NCBI GenBank assembly: GCA_047967505.1
Contig: CM106538.1
Length of the DNA: 64,000 bases
Origin: Dipteris shenzhenensis
Taxonomy: Eukaryota
Direction: 5' to 3' (one strand)
Shown here: positions 24,851 to 37,915 of the stretch, piece by piece
Layout of the letters: each line of letters opens with the position of its first letter
Numbering within the stretch: the stretch's first letter is position 1
The notes under the pieces: model-generated
Database searches by the model: none
Told to the model about the DNA's origin: nothing
What the model saw: the letters and a program-made list of their open reading frames with translations, nothing else
Position numbers and translations under genes: made by a program

Positions 24851-26871
24851 CTGCAAACGGTAGTAAACACAAAGAGATTATAGAACAGTAATACACTCTC
24901 TTATAATCAGCAGGCTAAGAGCATGAAATTAAGTCCTTGATACATGCTAAGGCTTATTTCTGTAGCAACTCAGAAGCAGCTACAGAGTGAAACAAAGTTA
25001 CCACAGGAGTCAAAAGAAGTGGGATGAAATGGCATAAGAAGAAGAGACTATAACAGCATCCTTCCCAGATGAAGGGAAAAGCTTTTAGGCATGTTGATGC
25101 TGATAAAGGCAGTGACTCACACAGACATACCATACTAATGAAAGGATGCCTCATCAACTTTCTTAAAAGAAAAATCGGACGGCCCCCTTTAAAAAGGAGA
25201 TTCGACTTAGATTAACACATAGTGGTACCATGAAGCTGCTACTTTGGTGACTCCTGTCTTCATAAAGAATTATAATCGCAAGGATTACTCTACAATGCAA
25301 TTATACTTTTGATATATTGCATGGCAAGGTTTTCTTGAGTCTATTGATTCTTTTCTACTTAAAATTTGACCATGTATGACACCTAAAATAAAACAGCATC
25401 TCCATTAAGACACGTGATCCGGAACAGGCACACTGACCAAACAGCAATTTATTCAGAACATTCACATGAATTTCCATCCTTTTACCCCTGCATATCAAAT
25501 TTGTGGGAAAGATTGCCTGCGAGTTAGATTTGGAAGTACTGAGCTTCCTCATGCCTTGAAAAACTAGTCCTCAGACTAAGCCAAACAAGCAGAAAATCAT
25601 TATAAGAAGGCAATACATTGCAAGGATGCCTCTGCATATCAGGAGAAGCAGCGATTAATTGTTGATATGTGAAGGTTTTTGCCAATAATACATTTGTGCC
25701 TTTGTGTGCCTAGCTCTATGTTAGTTTGGTATCTGTGGTAATCTCCGAAATTGGTCCCCCTGGAAGGTGAGAAAGGCACATTTCACATCGCCTTAAGAAA
25801 TATGGCTGCAGCTTCCATTTGGAATCATGTTATGTCTTTTGTGCCTCTTAGCAGATAGATGATTCACTTGCAATGAGGTAACCTTGGCCTTTGCACAAGC
25901 CATAACTGCCCTCTTATAGTATAAGTTGGCATACTTGAAGACACTCCTTTGGGTTATTGCTGGTTCATAACAAACGTCCAAAACAAGCCCCATCTTCTTC
26001 AAAACAGGCTCCTACTTTGAAATGGATACTTTCATCTATTAGTCCTCTCCTGCTGCAAACTTGCAACTGTGTTGTTTGGATTAATTATCTGTTTTTTATA
26101 TTGACAAAATTAGAAGCATGCATCTCTAGAATCAATACCCGCCCTTGTCTCATAAGATGCCCTGTCCCACCTAGCTCAAATAAATGGCTGTAATATTTCA
26201 CTGCTTGTTTCATTTTTGCTAGAGCTAACAGCTGCTTTCGGCATGTCAGAACTAGAACATGAATTGCTAACAGCAGAACACCAGAATTGTTTGTCCCTTA
26301 AAAGTTCCTCAACATCGCTCCACCCTGTCAGCTGCTCTTTTTGCTCATTGTACACTTGGCACTATGCAGCTCACCACTTTCTTGCAGCTGTAGGTCAGTC
26401 AGTTCATTTTGTGTGAACGTCTCACAGTAAGATGCTATTTCAGTCTTCAGGTAATGAGCCCTTTTGATTAATGTTGTCCTTACGATGGAATTTATAGAAG
26501 GGGAAGGTGCCAACAAATATGTTTAGCCTATAGGAAGTTATCCTGATTACCTGTCTTAATTGTTTCAAGCATTTCTGCCCATACCAGATGTGTTTTCACA
26601 TGTTTCGACAGGTTGAATCCTCTTCTTGCTGTCCATAAGCATGACTCTTTGTTCGAGTGCACCAAAACTTAAACCAAACTCTTCTATAGTGAAGCTGAGG
26701 CTATACATGTCCAAGATGCCGATCATAGTGGTTATATAGACATCTACACCAACACGATGTCCATCCCAAGATGAAACATATCTGTGACTACTATAGAAAG
26801 TTTTCTTTGTGTGGACAATAAAGAATAATATGAAAAATTTCAACAATTGTGTGTAGGATCTTTCCAAGGGA

Positions 26872-27056
26872 CAAAGTAGAATGTCACTGGAAGTCACTGC
26901 TGGTATCTACTCCGATGTGTCAGTGCCACAGGGAGGTTTGACCATGACCCTTTTGAGAGGTCAAAGTAGAAAGTCACTGGAAGTCACTGCTGGTATCTAC
27001 TCCGATGTGTCAGTGCCACAGGGAGGTTTGACCATGACCCTTTTGAGAGGTCAAAG
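26872..27056. repeat. Near-perfect 90-bp tandem duplication
   Basis: caaagtagaa(t/a)gtcactggaagtcactgc...ttttgagaggt occurs twice with one mismatch, followed by a third caaag. Confidence 0.97.
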
Positions 27057-27259
27057 GTGGCTTCTCTCCTCAGCTTGCGCTATGTATGTGGATTCATTGT
27101 TGTACAGTTAAAGAAAGCTATAAGCAAAGGATATGATTCGAGGTATTGGCTAAGCTTCACAATGGGACTCTTTTCTATCACTGATCTAGTAGACAGAAAG
27201 AGAGATGAACTCATTGTTACTGAAGAACCTTCATCTAATGTTAGTGAAGAAGAACCTGA

Positions 27260-27810
27260 GTCCAATAATTTGCCTAAATGGTTGTATGAAAATTGGACAA
27301 ATCATGGATGAACCCTCCACTAGCAAGGATGGACTAGAAGTATAAAGCGGCAAAAAATAATCCAAGAAACCATGAAAGAGGAGTATGACATATACTTACG
27401 TAGACTTACCACTTGCAAGATTTCCATTGGCAATAAATAGGTTTACCAAATTGAAGCCAAGAGTGATGGTAGTACTAAAAAACACAAAACTAGATTTGTA
27501 GCAAAGGATTATGCCTAGAAAGAAGGCAAGGACTATGACATGACCTTTGCACCTATAGCCAAACATAGTACAATCAGATGATTGGGGCTCTCGCTATTCA
27601 TTATGGCTCACCTCTTTTATTAGATAAATGTTATGACCGCATTTTTGAACAGTGAACTGAAAGAGGAAAGTTTATATGGTCTTGCCATGTGGATTTGAGA
27701 TGAAAGGTAAAGGGAAGGAAGTCTGTGAGTTACAGAAGGCTTTCTATGGATTAAACTAAACACGATCATGCTTGCTGCTCAAAGATAGATGAACACTTCC
27801 ACCCAAAAAA
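27260..27810 (+). mobile_element. Degenerate Copia RT fragment
   Basis: IGNK*VYQI.AKSDGS.KKHKTRFVAKDYA*KEGKDYDMTFAPIAK...TAFLNSELKEE. Confidence 0.85.
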
Positions 27811-28040
27811 AGAAGATAAAAGTCCATCTAATATTTTTTTTTCGGGCAGAAAGGTGAAGTTCTATAAGTATAGCCAAAATACATAGAATCATGATAACAT
27901 CCTGTGAAAACCTCATACAAAGTCATGCAGAAAAGAAATGAGGTTGTCACAACCAATCTGGAGAATCAAAGTGCCATGAAGGCCTTGTGGATGTATATGT
28001 GTTGGAAAGGTCACCTCCCCATTTATAAGCCCCCATGAGG

Positions 28041-28160
28041 AGAAAGAAAGAAAGAAAGAAAGTTTATTAAAGTCTTTGGAAGACCGATGGGTCTATGAGA
28101 CTGTGAAAAACCTGATACAACCCAGCTGCAAGGCTGGAGCTACTAATTGAGCATCCACAC
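28041..28160 (-). mobile_element. Very short LINE 3' end (tail only)
   Basis: Reverse complement of ...ctcatagacccatcggtcttccaaagactttaataaactttctttctttc. Confidence 0.9.
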
Positions 28161-28842
28161 CGGGGAGGAGGACCTGGGAGTGTTGGTTGGCATGTGGCCA
28201 CTGATTGAGTATGCCACATGGTCCAAACCGACAGAGAAATCAGGCTGCCACATGGGCAGCACATTGGCTGTTATTTGGGCAACCAACACACAAAGAAAGT
28301 ACAGTAAAGGGGCTTCCACATGAGCAGCACATGGGCTGCCATGTGGGCAGCAAATCTAGGAGATTACCTTGCAAGGTGGATCCTCCCAGGTGGACTTAAC
28401 CTGTATGGAACTGCCACGTATCATCAGAGATCTGTACAGCACAATGTGGAGCAGGTGGGACAGCCTGGATCAAGCCGTCTGGATCACAGAACCCTGCAGA
28501 AAGTGTACGGAACAGAGGCACCCTTTGTACGAACTGTTTACAGGTGTTGTACGGGACTAGGACAGAGGTTGGAAAACGTCCAGGAAGAGGCGGAATGCCA
28601 GGAGCAGCATGGTGACTGGTTTGGCAGAGGTTTTGGCTAGGTTTGGGCCAGGAAAACATCCTGACTGGAGCTAAGAAGGGCCTGGGCCAGTGGCTGGTCA
28701 AAGCCAGCCAACCTCAGTCGGTTGAAGCAGACCAGGGTCTGCCCACTGGACTGAGGGGTAGACTGTTTGGGTTGGCTATGGGCCCTGGGGGCCTATAAAG
28801 GGAGCCACTTCAAGGCTCATTACTTATCCAGTTTTTGCAGCA

Positions 28843-30455
28843 GAAAGAAAGAAAGTCTATTAAAAGTCTTTGGAAGACCAAAAAGGGTCTTAAGACTAAA
28901 AGAAGCTGATACAATGAGCTAATGGGTGGAGCCACTAAACTGGCATCAACACTTGAGACAAATACAAAATCTACAATTCATAATCCTGCCCATAACGGCG
29001 TCAGTACACAAAAGAGAAAAAAACTCTCTAAGTAGAAGCCAGTGAGAGCATCAAGACCCCTTGGTGTGTGGGGTTGCGATGGTGGTAGAAACTCTATGAT
29101 AGGGCGCTGATGACTGTCGACATCATGTACAGCCCACTGAAGTCACCTAGCTGTAGCCCTGTGGTGAACATGTGCCACCGTCACTCCTATGGGTCATGCA
29201 TCTGGTCTAGTGAGCATGGAAGTGATGTTCCCTAGCGAGATCTGTGCCTCAGTGCGCTGCCGAGTTTGGCATGTCTCTGACTCTAGCTCAGGTCCCCGCA
29301 GCTGCCATCTCTGTGAGCCTGCTCCTCAGTACTGTCTAGCTGGAAAAACTCAGCAATCATGCTCTAAGTGGAGTTTTGGATGTCAGTCGAAATCTCCCCT
29401 GTGTGCGCTAAGCAACTGCCCCGTGTCGTACGGCCTCATGAATGAAGGTTGCCAAGCATCCCTGCTCTGGGAAGGATAGGAGACTGGGTAGAGAGTTGAA
29501 GCCACCTCTGAAATGGCGGTGGTATCGGCCCCTAATCTCGTAGTATACCGGGCACCTGAAAGCGAAATGCTCCTCTGACTCGATCTCCCAGGTGTCGCAC
29601 AAGGTACATATGCGGCCCTCTCTGGGCATTCCCTCCGATCAACCACTCTCTATACAGAGGCGGTGTGATTGTAGAATCGCTTAGGCGAGAGAGTCCACGT
29701 AGCAAAAGAGTCGATGATAAACGCCTTAGCCATCACGTCAAAGTTGGATAATCAAAAACAAAGGAGTACAAGGTACAAGTACCTAGACCTAGGACTAAGT
29801 GTCCTAGGTGTCACATAGGACTAAGTGTCCTATGTGGCCTAAAAGACACTAACACTATAAGTGTCTTTATTTATGCCTACAAGGCTCATACCATGGCCTA
29901 TAGGGCATCACTAGAACCACCAGAGGATGGCCTACAGTGATGAGACCCGGAACTACCCAATCAAAATCCTCATGGAGTGGGGGAGGTAGATCGGGTCGAT
30001 AAAGCCCTCCTCTGAAATCCCTAAGCAATGGTCTCTATAGAGGTTGAGCTTCACAGGGAGCTCCGGGGTGCCAACCAAGTCCCGCATGTGTGTAACTGTA
30101 GGAGATCCTCTCGGATGGCCTAGTTCACCTCGTGGTATATGAGCGGGATAGAGGGGGCCTCAACGTTGTACTGGAAGGGGGGTAGCCTGTCTATATTGAG
30201 CCCAAGGCTCTCAAACCATCTGCAAGTATGTGCATACCAACACCTCTGGTCCCCCTCTACTAACAGTGTCATGGAGGAGCATAAAGCCAACCAAGGAAGC
30301 CTATGTCGCACTGCGGTGCAAGATCCATACTGTCAAATGCAGGAAGAGATACGTGATGACTTGGAATGCTGCATGGAGCTGTAGTGGGGATAGCCTGAAC
30401 CCAGCCAGAAGTATCTGACGTGGAACAAAAGGCTTACTGCGGATCATCCATGAAA
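28843..30455 (-). mobile_element. 5'-truncated RTEX-like LINE interrupted by a solo LTR
   Basis: RLPWLALCSSM...WYAHTCRWFESLG...RLPPFQY; ICTLCD..EIESEEHFAFRCPVYYEIRGRY; (GAAA)n tail at 28843; GAAAG at both ends (possible TSD). Confidence 0.9.
29670..29936 (-). mobile_element. Solo LTR of Copia family B
   Basis: TG...CA, 267 bp, perfect 5-bp TSD GTGAT (29665-29669 and 29937-29941); homologous to the LTRs at 31663, 35445, 44410 and 50516. Confidence 0.95.
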
Positions 30456-31662
30456 GCTCAAGGGTCTTTACCAATTGGCTGCCCTTACAGCAGCAAGAAA
30501 GATAGGATCAAAGGGGTAGCTTGTGCCTCACCATTGGCTGCATTTCGGAGCAGCAAGGACGTCAAAGTTCGCAAATAGTGCCTTACATGTGGCTGAGTGT
30601 CTTCCGGGGTCCATATCTAGCCAACACGGTAGAGGGTGGCACACTGAATATATCTCTTTTGTGTTGTGTCCACATTGGACGGAAATATATATTTGCTGGT
30701 TCTACATCTCTATTGTGCATTGTCCATTTACTCGCTGCACACATATCTAAGTACACATTAACGAAAGAAGTTTGAGATTAAAAGACGAGTTCCTGGGTCT
30801 CTGACTCTATCAAGCGTTAGTCTTCCACAACGTACACCTTCTGTTGCCTTTTCTAACAATATGTGAAGAAAAAAACTTGATCTCACTCTCTCCTGGCCAC
30901 TATGACACATCAAGGGCTATGAATCCTGCCTTGAATGGCCATGAGGGTGTTTAAACTATCCTACCCAATCAATGAAGTAACTGAATTGCAAGTAACTGAA
31001 TTGCAAAGGTGTGAGTCCCATCTGAGGCCTTTGTACTTTTGGATCTCCTAATCTACCATGCAGTAAGTAGCAATGATCTCCCAAGCTTGAGTTCATAGGA
31101 GACTGAGATCCATGCGAAGAAATAAGTATTGTGTATAGGGTGAAGAGTTGAGGGACTCCTCTAAAGAATGAGAATGGCCCTCTCCCAAGCCACAGATCCC
31201 CAAAGTGATGTAATAGGTACCTCTCCTTATCCTGCCAAGCAAGCGTGCAATGCCCTAACAGACCTCTTCTCACCTCCAAATGCAACCTAAGTCTAAAAAG
31301 GGATGGGTGCCACATGCTGTCATATCATTTGCTCTCACTCATGTGCTTTGTTATGTGTCACATAAGCATGCACTCACCACTACGCATTCTAGGGCGGTCA
31401 ACAAGATTTGAAACTTGCATCCAGGAGTGCATGTTAATGCAATCTAATTAGACACACTGTGACAATGGCGCATGGGAGGTTTGGCCTAACCCTTCTCAAG
31501 TTCAAAGGGCATCTTCTCTCTCAGACCTCCTCGAGTAGCATGTGCTTTACATGTATGAGTCTTATTTCATCTGGAAAGCTAGTTAAAAGGCTGGTTATGC
31601 CTCTAACTTATGGAAAGGCAATCAAAGCCTTGGTGATGACAAACTGATGCCCTTGTTGTTGC

Positions 31663-34600
31663 TCTAGGATCGATAGGCAAAGAGAGAGTGCAGATTGCAA
31701 AAGGAGTCAATAGAGTCTACCGCCACATCAACTAGGATAATGAAAAAAAGGAGTACAAGCTACAAGTACCTAGACCTAGGACTAAGTATCCTAGGTGTCA
31801 CATAGGACTAAGTGTCCTATGTGGCCTAAAAGGCACTAACACTACAAGTGCCTATATTTATGCCTACAAGGCACATACCATGGCCTATAGGGCATCACCA
31901 GACCACTAGGAGATGGCCTACAAAACCCCCTCCATGGGATGGGCTGAAGTATTCTGGAAACGTCTCAGAATACCTATTATTTTCTGGTCATGGTGGCACA
32001 TGTTCATCCAAAAGGATATAGCCACCTATGAATCTACAAGGGATGTCAGATCGTGTAACAAAGGGAACCAAGTGTAAACCCTGTCGGAAGACTTCGAACT
32101 TGGGACGAGGAAGTGCCTTTGTAAACATATATGCTATGTTGTCCTCTGTGGGAAGATAGGACAACTCTATGCCTCTTGCTGACAAACGCTCCCGAACATA
32201 ATGATAGTGAACTTCAATATGCTTGGTACGTGCATGAAACACTGGGTTACGTGCAATGGCCAAAGCACTCTAGTTGTCAGTGTAGACAATACTGGAGGAT
32301 GTCTGGCGAATACCAAGATCTGTACGTACCTGTCGAAGCCAAACACACTCTACTATAGCGGTGAAAACTACCCTGTACTCAGCCTCACAGCTAGATGTGG
32401 CAATTATTGGTTGCTTCTTGTTGAGCCGAGAGATACATGAATTGCCAAGCAAAAAACAATTGCCAGTATGTGACACTCTGGTGTCGGAACATCCTGCCCA
32501 GTCACTATCCGTGTAAGCATGCATGGTAAGTGAACCCTGATCTCCATAGAAGAGGGCTAAATCCTGAGTGCCTCTGAGATATTTGAAGACTCTCTTCACT
32601 GCCTGCCAATGTTGTCAACTGGGCATGGGCATGAATCTACTGAGCTGAGATACTGCATACTATAAGTTACGTCTGGTGTGACATAAATAAATAAGGCATC
32701 CAACAGCCTGCTGATAAAGAGTGATATCACATGGTGGGCTCCCATCATGAGCTGAGAATTTAAAGCCAGGGTCCACTGGAGTAGAGATTGGCTTGCAATC
32801 CTCAAACTGAAAACGATCAAGGAGCTGTCCAATATACTTGGACTGAAACATCATGATACCCCCCTTAACATGAGCAAACTGAATGCCCAAATAATAATGG
32901 AGCTGTCCCATGTTTGACATGCCAAAAATCTGCTGCAAATAAGCCTTGAAAGCTGCAATTTGTGGAGTATCTGGGCCCGTGATCAGCATATCATCCACAT
33001 ATAAAATCAGCACTAAAAAATCAGATCCTCTCCCATGGACATAAAGAGTGGGTTCTGTGGGACTATTCTGAAAACCAAGGACAGTAAGTGTGCATGAATT
33101 TTGGCATACCATGCCCTAGGTGCCTGCTTCAAACCATAAAGGGCTTTTCTAAGCTGGCATACCTTATTTTCAGAATTAACAACCTCAAAGCCAGGAGGTT
33201 GTGTGACATATACTTCTTCCTGCAGATCCCCATGAAGAAAAGCAGTCTTGATGTCAAGTTGGTGCACTTGCCAATGATGATGGGCTGCAATGGCAATGAC
33301 ACATCTAATGGTAGTAATCCTAGATGTGGAAGCAAATGTCTCCTCAAAGTCAATGCCTTGTTGTTGGGCATACCCTTTTGCAACAAGACGGGCTTTGTAT
33401 CGATGCATGCTACCATCAGATTTCCTTTTTAATTTGTAGACCCACCGGGTACCAATGGCATGCTTGCCGGGAGGGAGATCTACTAATTCCCATGTGTCAT
33501 TTTTAGCAATGGAATGTAACTCAGCTCTCATTGCATCCATCCACTCTTTGCTATCAAAAGCATCTTTATGGCACAGAGGCTCTTCATTGCAAGCTGTAGC
33601 AAGGAGTGCAAATTCAAGAAAGTGACCGATCTTGTCCGGGCAGCAAAAGGCTGATCTTGTTTGCTATCCCTCAATGTATCAAGAAGCCATCTGGGAACTT
33701 GCCTTTGCTGTCTCTTGACAGCTCTTTCTTCAATGACTGCATCATGAATAGTGGGATCATTTTGTGCTGGAAGAGAAACCTGCAAATCAGCATGAGGTAG
33801 TGGCTGATTATTGCTTGGTGGAGAGCCTGCATGAGGCTTATTGCTGGTCAAAGTCCACTTCTGAGCATGGCAGAGGTAACCAAGATTCAAAGGCATCAAA
33901 CATGTCAACATCTGGCTTAGCTTTGCAGTCCACAAGAGGAGAAGCTGAATGTTCAGCAAAGATTACATCTCTACTGACAATAATCTTCCCAATATTTGGA
34001 TGGTATAACCCATACCCTCTGCTCTCCTGGCTGTAACCAATAAATATGCATTTGATTGCCTTGTCATCAAGCTTATGTCTCAGCTGAGATGGTTCATGAA
34101 CATATGCAAGAGACCCAAAATCTCTCATGTGTGAACGTGAAGGCTTCCTGCCTTTCCATGCTTCCATAAGGTGTAACAGTCTACAATGCCCGTGTAGGTG
34201 ATCTATTCAGCGCATAGTTGGCACATATCACTACATCAAGCCAAAATTTATTGGGCAAAGACTTGGCCTTAAGCATGCATCTGGCCATCTCCATTGTGGG
34301 CCTGTTTTTCCTTTCAGAAACAGCATTCTGCTGAGGAGTGTAAGGAGTAGTACATGAGTGAATAATGACGCGTGAACACAGAAATGCATCAAACTCCTTT
34401 GATATATACTCTCCCCCCCTATCTGTGTTGAGGGTGATAAGCTTGCATCCTGATTCATTCTCAACCACATTCAGCCATCTATGAAAGCATAAGAAAACTT
34501 CAGATTTGGCTTTTAAAGGATATATCCAGCAATATCTTGTGAAATCATCAATGAGAGTCATAAAATACTTGTACCCCCCAATGGCATTTGTCCTCATTGG

Positions 34601-35704
34601 GCCATAGACATCATTGTGCACTAGCTGCAATTTCCTTTGTGAGAGTTTTGGACAATTCTTTTGAAAAGGAAATCGATGCATCTTACCCAAAAGACAACCC
34701 TCACACACATGTTTGGAAACTATGTAAGTTTGAGGTACATCATTTGCCATGTGCTGTGCATGTAGCTTTGCAAGGGCTCTATAGACCAAATCCCAAAAGA
34801 CAGCCTCAAGGCTTGCAACTGCAAAATTAGGACTTGCTGTTCACAAATTGACCGCAAAGTGCAATTGTCCCGAAGTATAGACTTCAAGGGGTAGGCTTTC
34901 CAAACTGTTGAAATGGCTTGAGAAGATTTCAAATAGTAAAAGGAAGGTAGGGACAGCAAAAGCCCTCAAAAGCCCCAAATTTTGAGAATGTTCTGAATAT
35001 TACTTCGCACATGCAAAACCTGTACGGAGATCCCGAAACAAGTACAACTATATGGATGCAAGTACAATGTACGGATGTACAGAGCAGATCCAATGTACTA
35101 TGTACGTACACTCGTATGAAGCAAGTACGAAAGTGGTACAATGAACAGATGCAGGGTGTACGACTGTACGGAAGCAGGTACTAAGTTGTACGGTGTACAG
35201 AGCAGGTACTAAGAGCAGTATGGAGCGCAGTACGGAACGGGTACGGAGCCTTTCGTATTGTTGTATGACAGCGCAAGTACGAAGGCTCAGGTACGAAACG
35301 CTGCGGCGACTGTATAGAACGCATGCAGGATGTACGACGTAGGTACGTATGGACGTCCGTACAGTCATATGGATTGTACGGAAAGAAGGGGCAGAAAGCA
35401 ATGAAGGTCTAGGGTCACGGAGCAAGTCCTAGCTCTGATACCACTGCAGGATCGATAGGCAAAGAGAGAGTGCAGATTGCAAAAGGAGTTAATAGAGTCT
35501 GCCGTCACGTCAACTAGAATAATGAAAAAAAGGAGTACAAGGTACAAGTACCTAGACCTAGGACTAAGTGTCCTAGGTGTCACATAGAACTAAGTGTCCT
35601 ATGTGAACTAAAAGGCTCTAACACTACAAGCGCCTATATTTATGCCTACAAGGCACATACCATGGCCTATAGGGATCACTAGAGCCACGAGGAGATGGCC
35701 TACA
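31663..35704 (-). mobile_element. Ty1/Copia family B copy 1, gag and protease deleted
   Basis: LTRs 35445-35704 and 31663-31922 (260 bp each); TSD GTTGC on both sides; PBS 35432-35443; PPT at about 31926-31933; integrase, RT (LYVDDML) and RNase H (YTDSDWAG, RTKHIEVHYHYVRE) with frameshifts. Confidence 0.97.
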
Positions 35705-36229
35705 GTTGCATTTTAGCAAGTGTTGGCATTCTATTGGAAAAATTCATTGTACTTGCATTTTAGATTCTACTTGTACATATTTGAATAGCGGGCACTGGAA
35801 TCTAGCAAACCTCCCAGTTTTCTTTCACTACAACCTCCACTCAAGCTAGGCCCCTCTCCTATAAAGAAGATAAACTATTGTCAAATCAAGTCTATCACGT
35901 CTACCCTTTTGAGTGACATGTCTATGGGCTTTGACTTTTGGGTAACACATTGGGTGTTCCAAATGATTTTTGGCAATCGAGTAATGGTTGATCTTGAATC
36001 AAGCAAGCCTTTAATCAGCCTCCAAATCTAAGATTTTCTCCAAATTCTTTTTCTACCTCAAGGAACTCGAAGGTAGGATCAATAGTGGTATAGCATTAGC
36101 ATAAATCAATTTAACATTGTTAGGCATAATGATGGGGTGGACAGAATGTACACCTCTTTTTCTTTGCACGATCAAGATGTTCTTTTAACCTTGGAGTCAT
36201 GTTTACTACCTCATCTATTTGCACACTTG

Positions 36230-36880
36230 AGCCACCAAATGGTTCCACTTGCATAGCATGTCAATTAATCATCTACCTCTGTATCAATACTCACTGGACG
36301 TCCCCTTGTTGTGTCTAACCACAACAAGAGGTCCACCAAGTTATGGTTATCCAAGACGACCAAAGGCAGGTTTACATTAATAGGACTTGGGTCTTTTCCC
36401 ACCCGCTGTCACATGTGACCAAAATGGCCTTCTATAGGGACTATTTCCTCCACCTAAGTGAGGATAGCCTCATCCAAGCATGGGGGACCTACAGATCCAC
36501 CTCTCCCACATGGTATGGATCGCTCAAGACTCCGTTCCATAGGTTTGAAATCGAGGCAACACAAGATCACAACCACCTACACCTTAGGGACATGAGACTC
36601 TACTCTCTTTGTGACGCACAAGAGGTAATGACAAAGACACATGTTATTTAGCAATGCCCAAAATACTATGAGATCCAAGGAGATTTAATGTCTCTTTACT
36701 GACGCTTGCACAAAGATGAGTAGGACCATTGACTATATGACTCATACCCAAATTCATAAAGCACACTCCAAGAGATCATTGACTTCTATACAAGGAAGAA
36801 GGATTGTGACCCTCAATTCCAGACCAATAGAAGAATGGATATAGGAACTACGAGCACTTGCCCATTAGTGACATCATCAT
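36230..36880 (+). mobile_element. Old RTEX-like LINE 3' fragment
   Basis: HLP.YQYSLD, KMAFYRDYFL, HRFEIE, LCDAQEV.TKTHVI*QCPKYYEIQG. Confidence 0.75.
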
Positions 36881-37500
36881 TGTTGGAGATATCATAGCCA
36901 AAGAGTGTGGTGATGTGATGTGTTGGTGTGTAGTACTAGGAGTTCTAGTACTAGTTTATGTGTGTGAGTCATGTGTGAGTGCCCCGTGTCACATGGTACT
37001 TATCCCATATGCACTTGGTGCAAGTGTGTGGTGTGTAGCCTATAAGGCTTGTACTTCTCATGATTATGAATAAGATAGCCTTTCATTATGTCTTCATTTA
37101 TGTATCATTTCCTCACACCCTAACATTCTCTCTCCCTCTCTCTCCACCATGTTTCTAACATGGTATCAGAGCAGGTTCACCCTACCATAGTTGCCACGTC
37201 ATCTCAGACCTAACCCTAACCCAAAATCCTAATTCTGCTCAAGCCCTTATTCCTGCAGCCACCTCTCCTTACTCATTTCCGCCTCAAATTCTGCCCCATT
37301 TTCGTCTCCTTTCAGCTCCTTTCTACCCTTTTAGAGTTTTTGCACAGCCACCGTCCTTGTTGTCCTCATTTCATCTATGTTTTGTAGCCTTGGTTATGCT
37401 CCTTTTTGCCCACTTGGCCTCCCCATAACCTCGCCACATAGCCGCCTCTATTCAAAGCTCATGGAGCAGCATCTAGGCCTCTTGGAGCTGAAGTCGGTGC
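36881..37500 (+). mobile_element. LTR retrotransposon 5' remnant (280-bp LTR, PBS, leader)
   Basis: TGTTGG (36881)...CTAACA (37160), TATA-like cctataag, PBS TGGTATCAGAGC 37161-37172. Confidence 0.8.
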
Positions 37501-37559
37501 AATGTATCCTTCTCTATCGACTAGCTAGCACGTTTCCAAGACTGCTCTAGCAGAGTGTG

Positions 37560-37915
37560 AAGCAGACACATGGTATGCACAATCCATCCACTTCCACGAC
37601 CATGTCTGCATTGACCCATATCTACTTGAGATACGCAGACACAGGGAGACCCTACTACGACAGATTAGAGAGCAACAAGAGGCGATCAGACCACATGATA
37701 GAGAGGCTGATAGAGCACAATGACACATCACAAATTTCTATGCATTTGAGTTAGCTCCATGACACAATGGATGGAGGTGGAGGAGATAGCTGACATGCGG
37801 GCAGCTTGGATTACTGAGAGAGGGACACAAAGACCACCTGCAAGACGGAGAGTGACCCAAGCACACTCTATTGAGGCCCGGTCCTATCACAACTTTCCTC
37901 AAGGGAGACCGCCCG
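37560..37915 (+). mobile_element. LINE family-B 3' fragment
   Basis: Homologous to 40660-41020 (HFHDHVCI..YLLEIRRHRETLLRQIREQQE). Confidence 0.8.
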
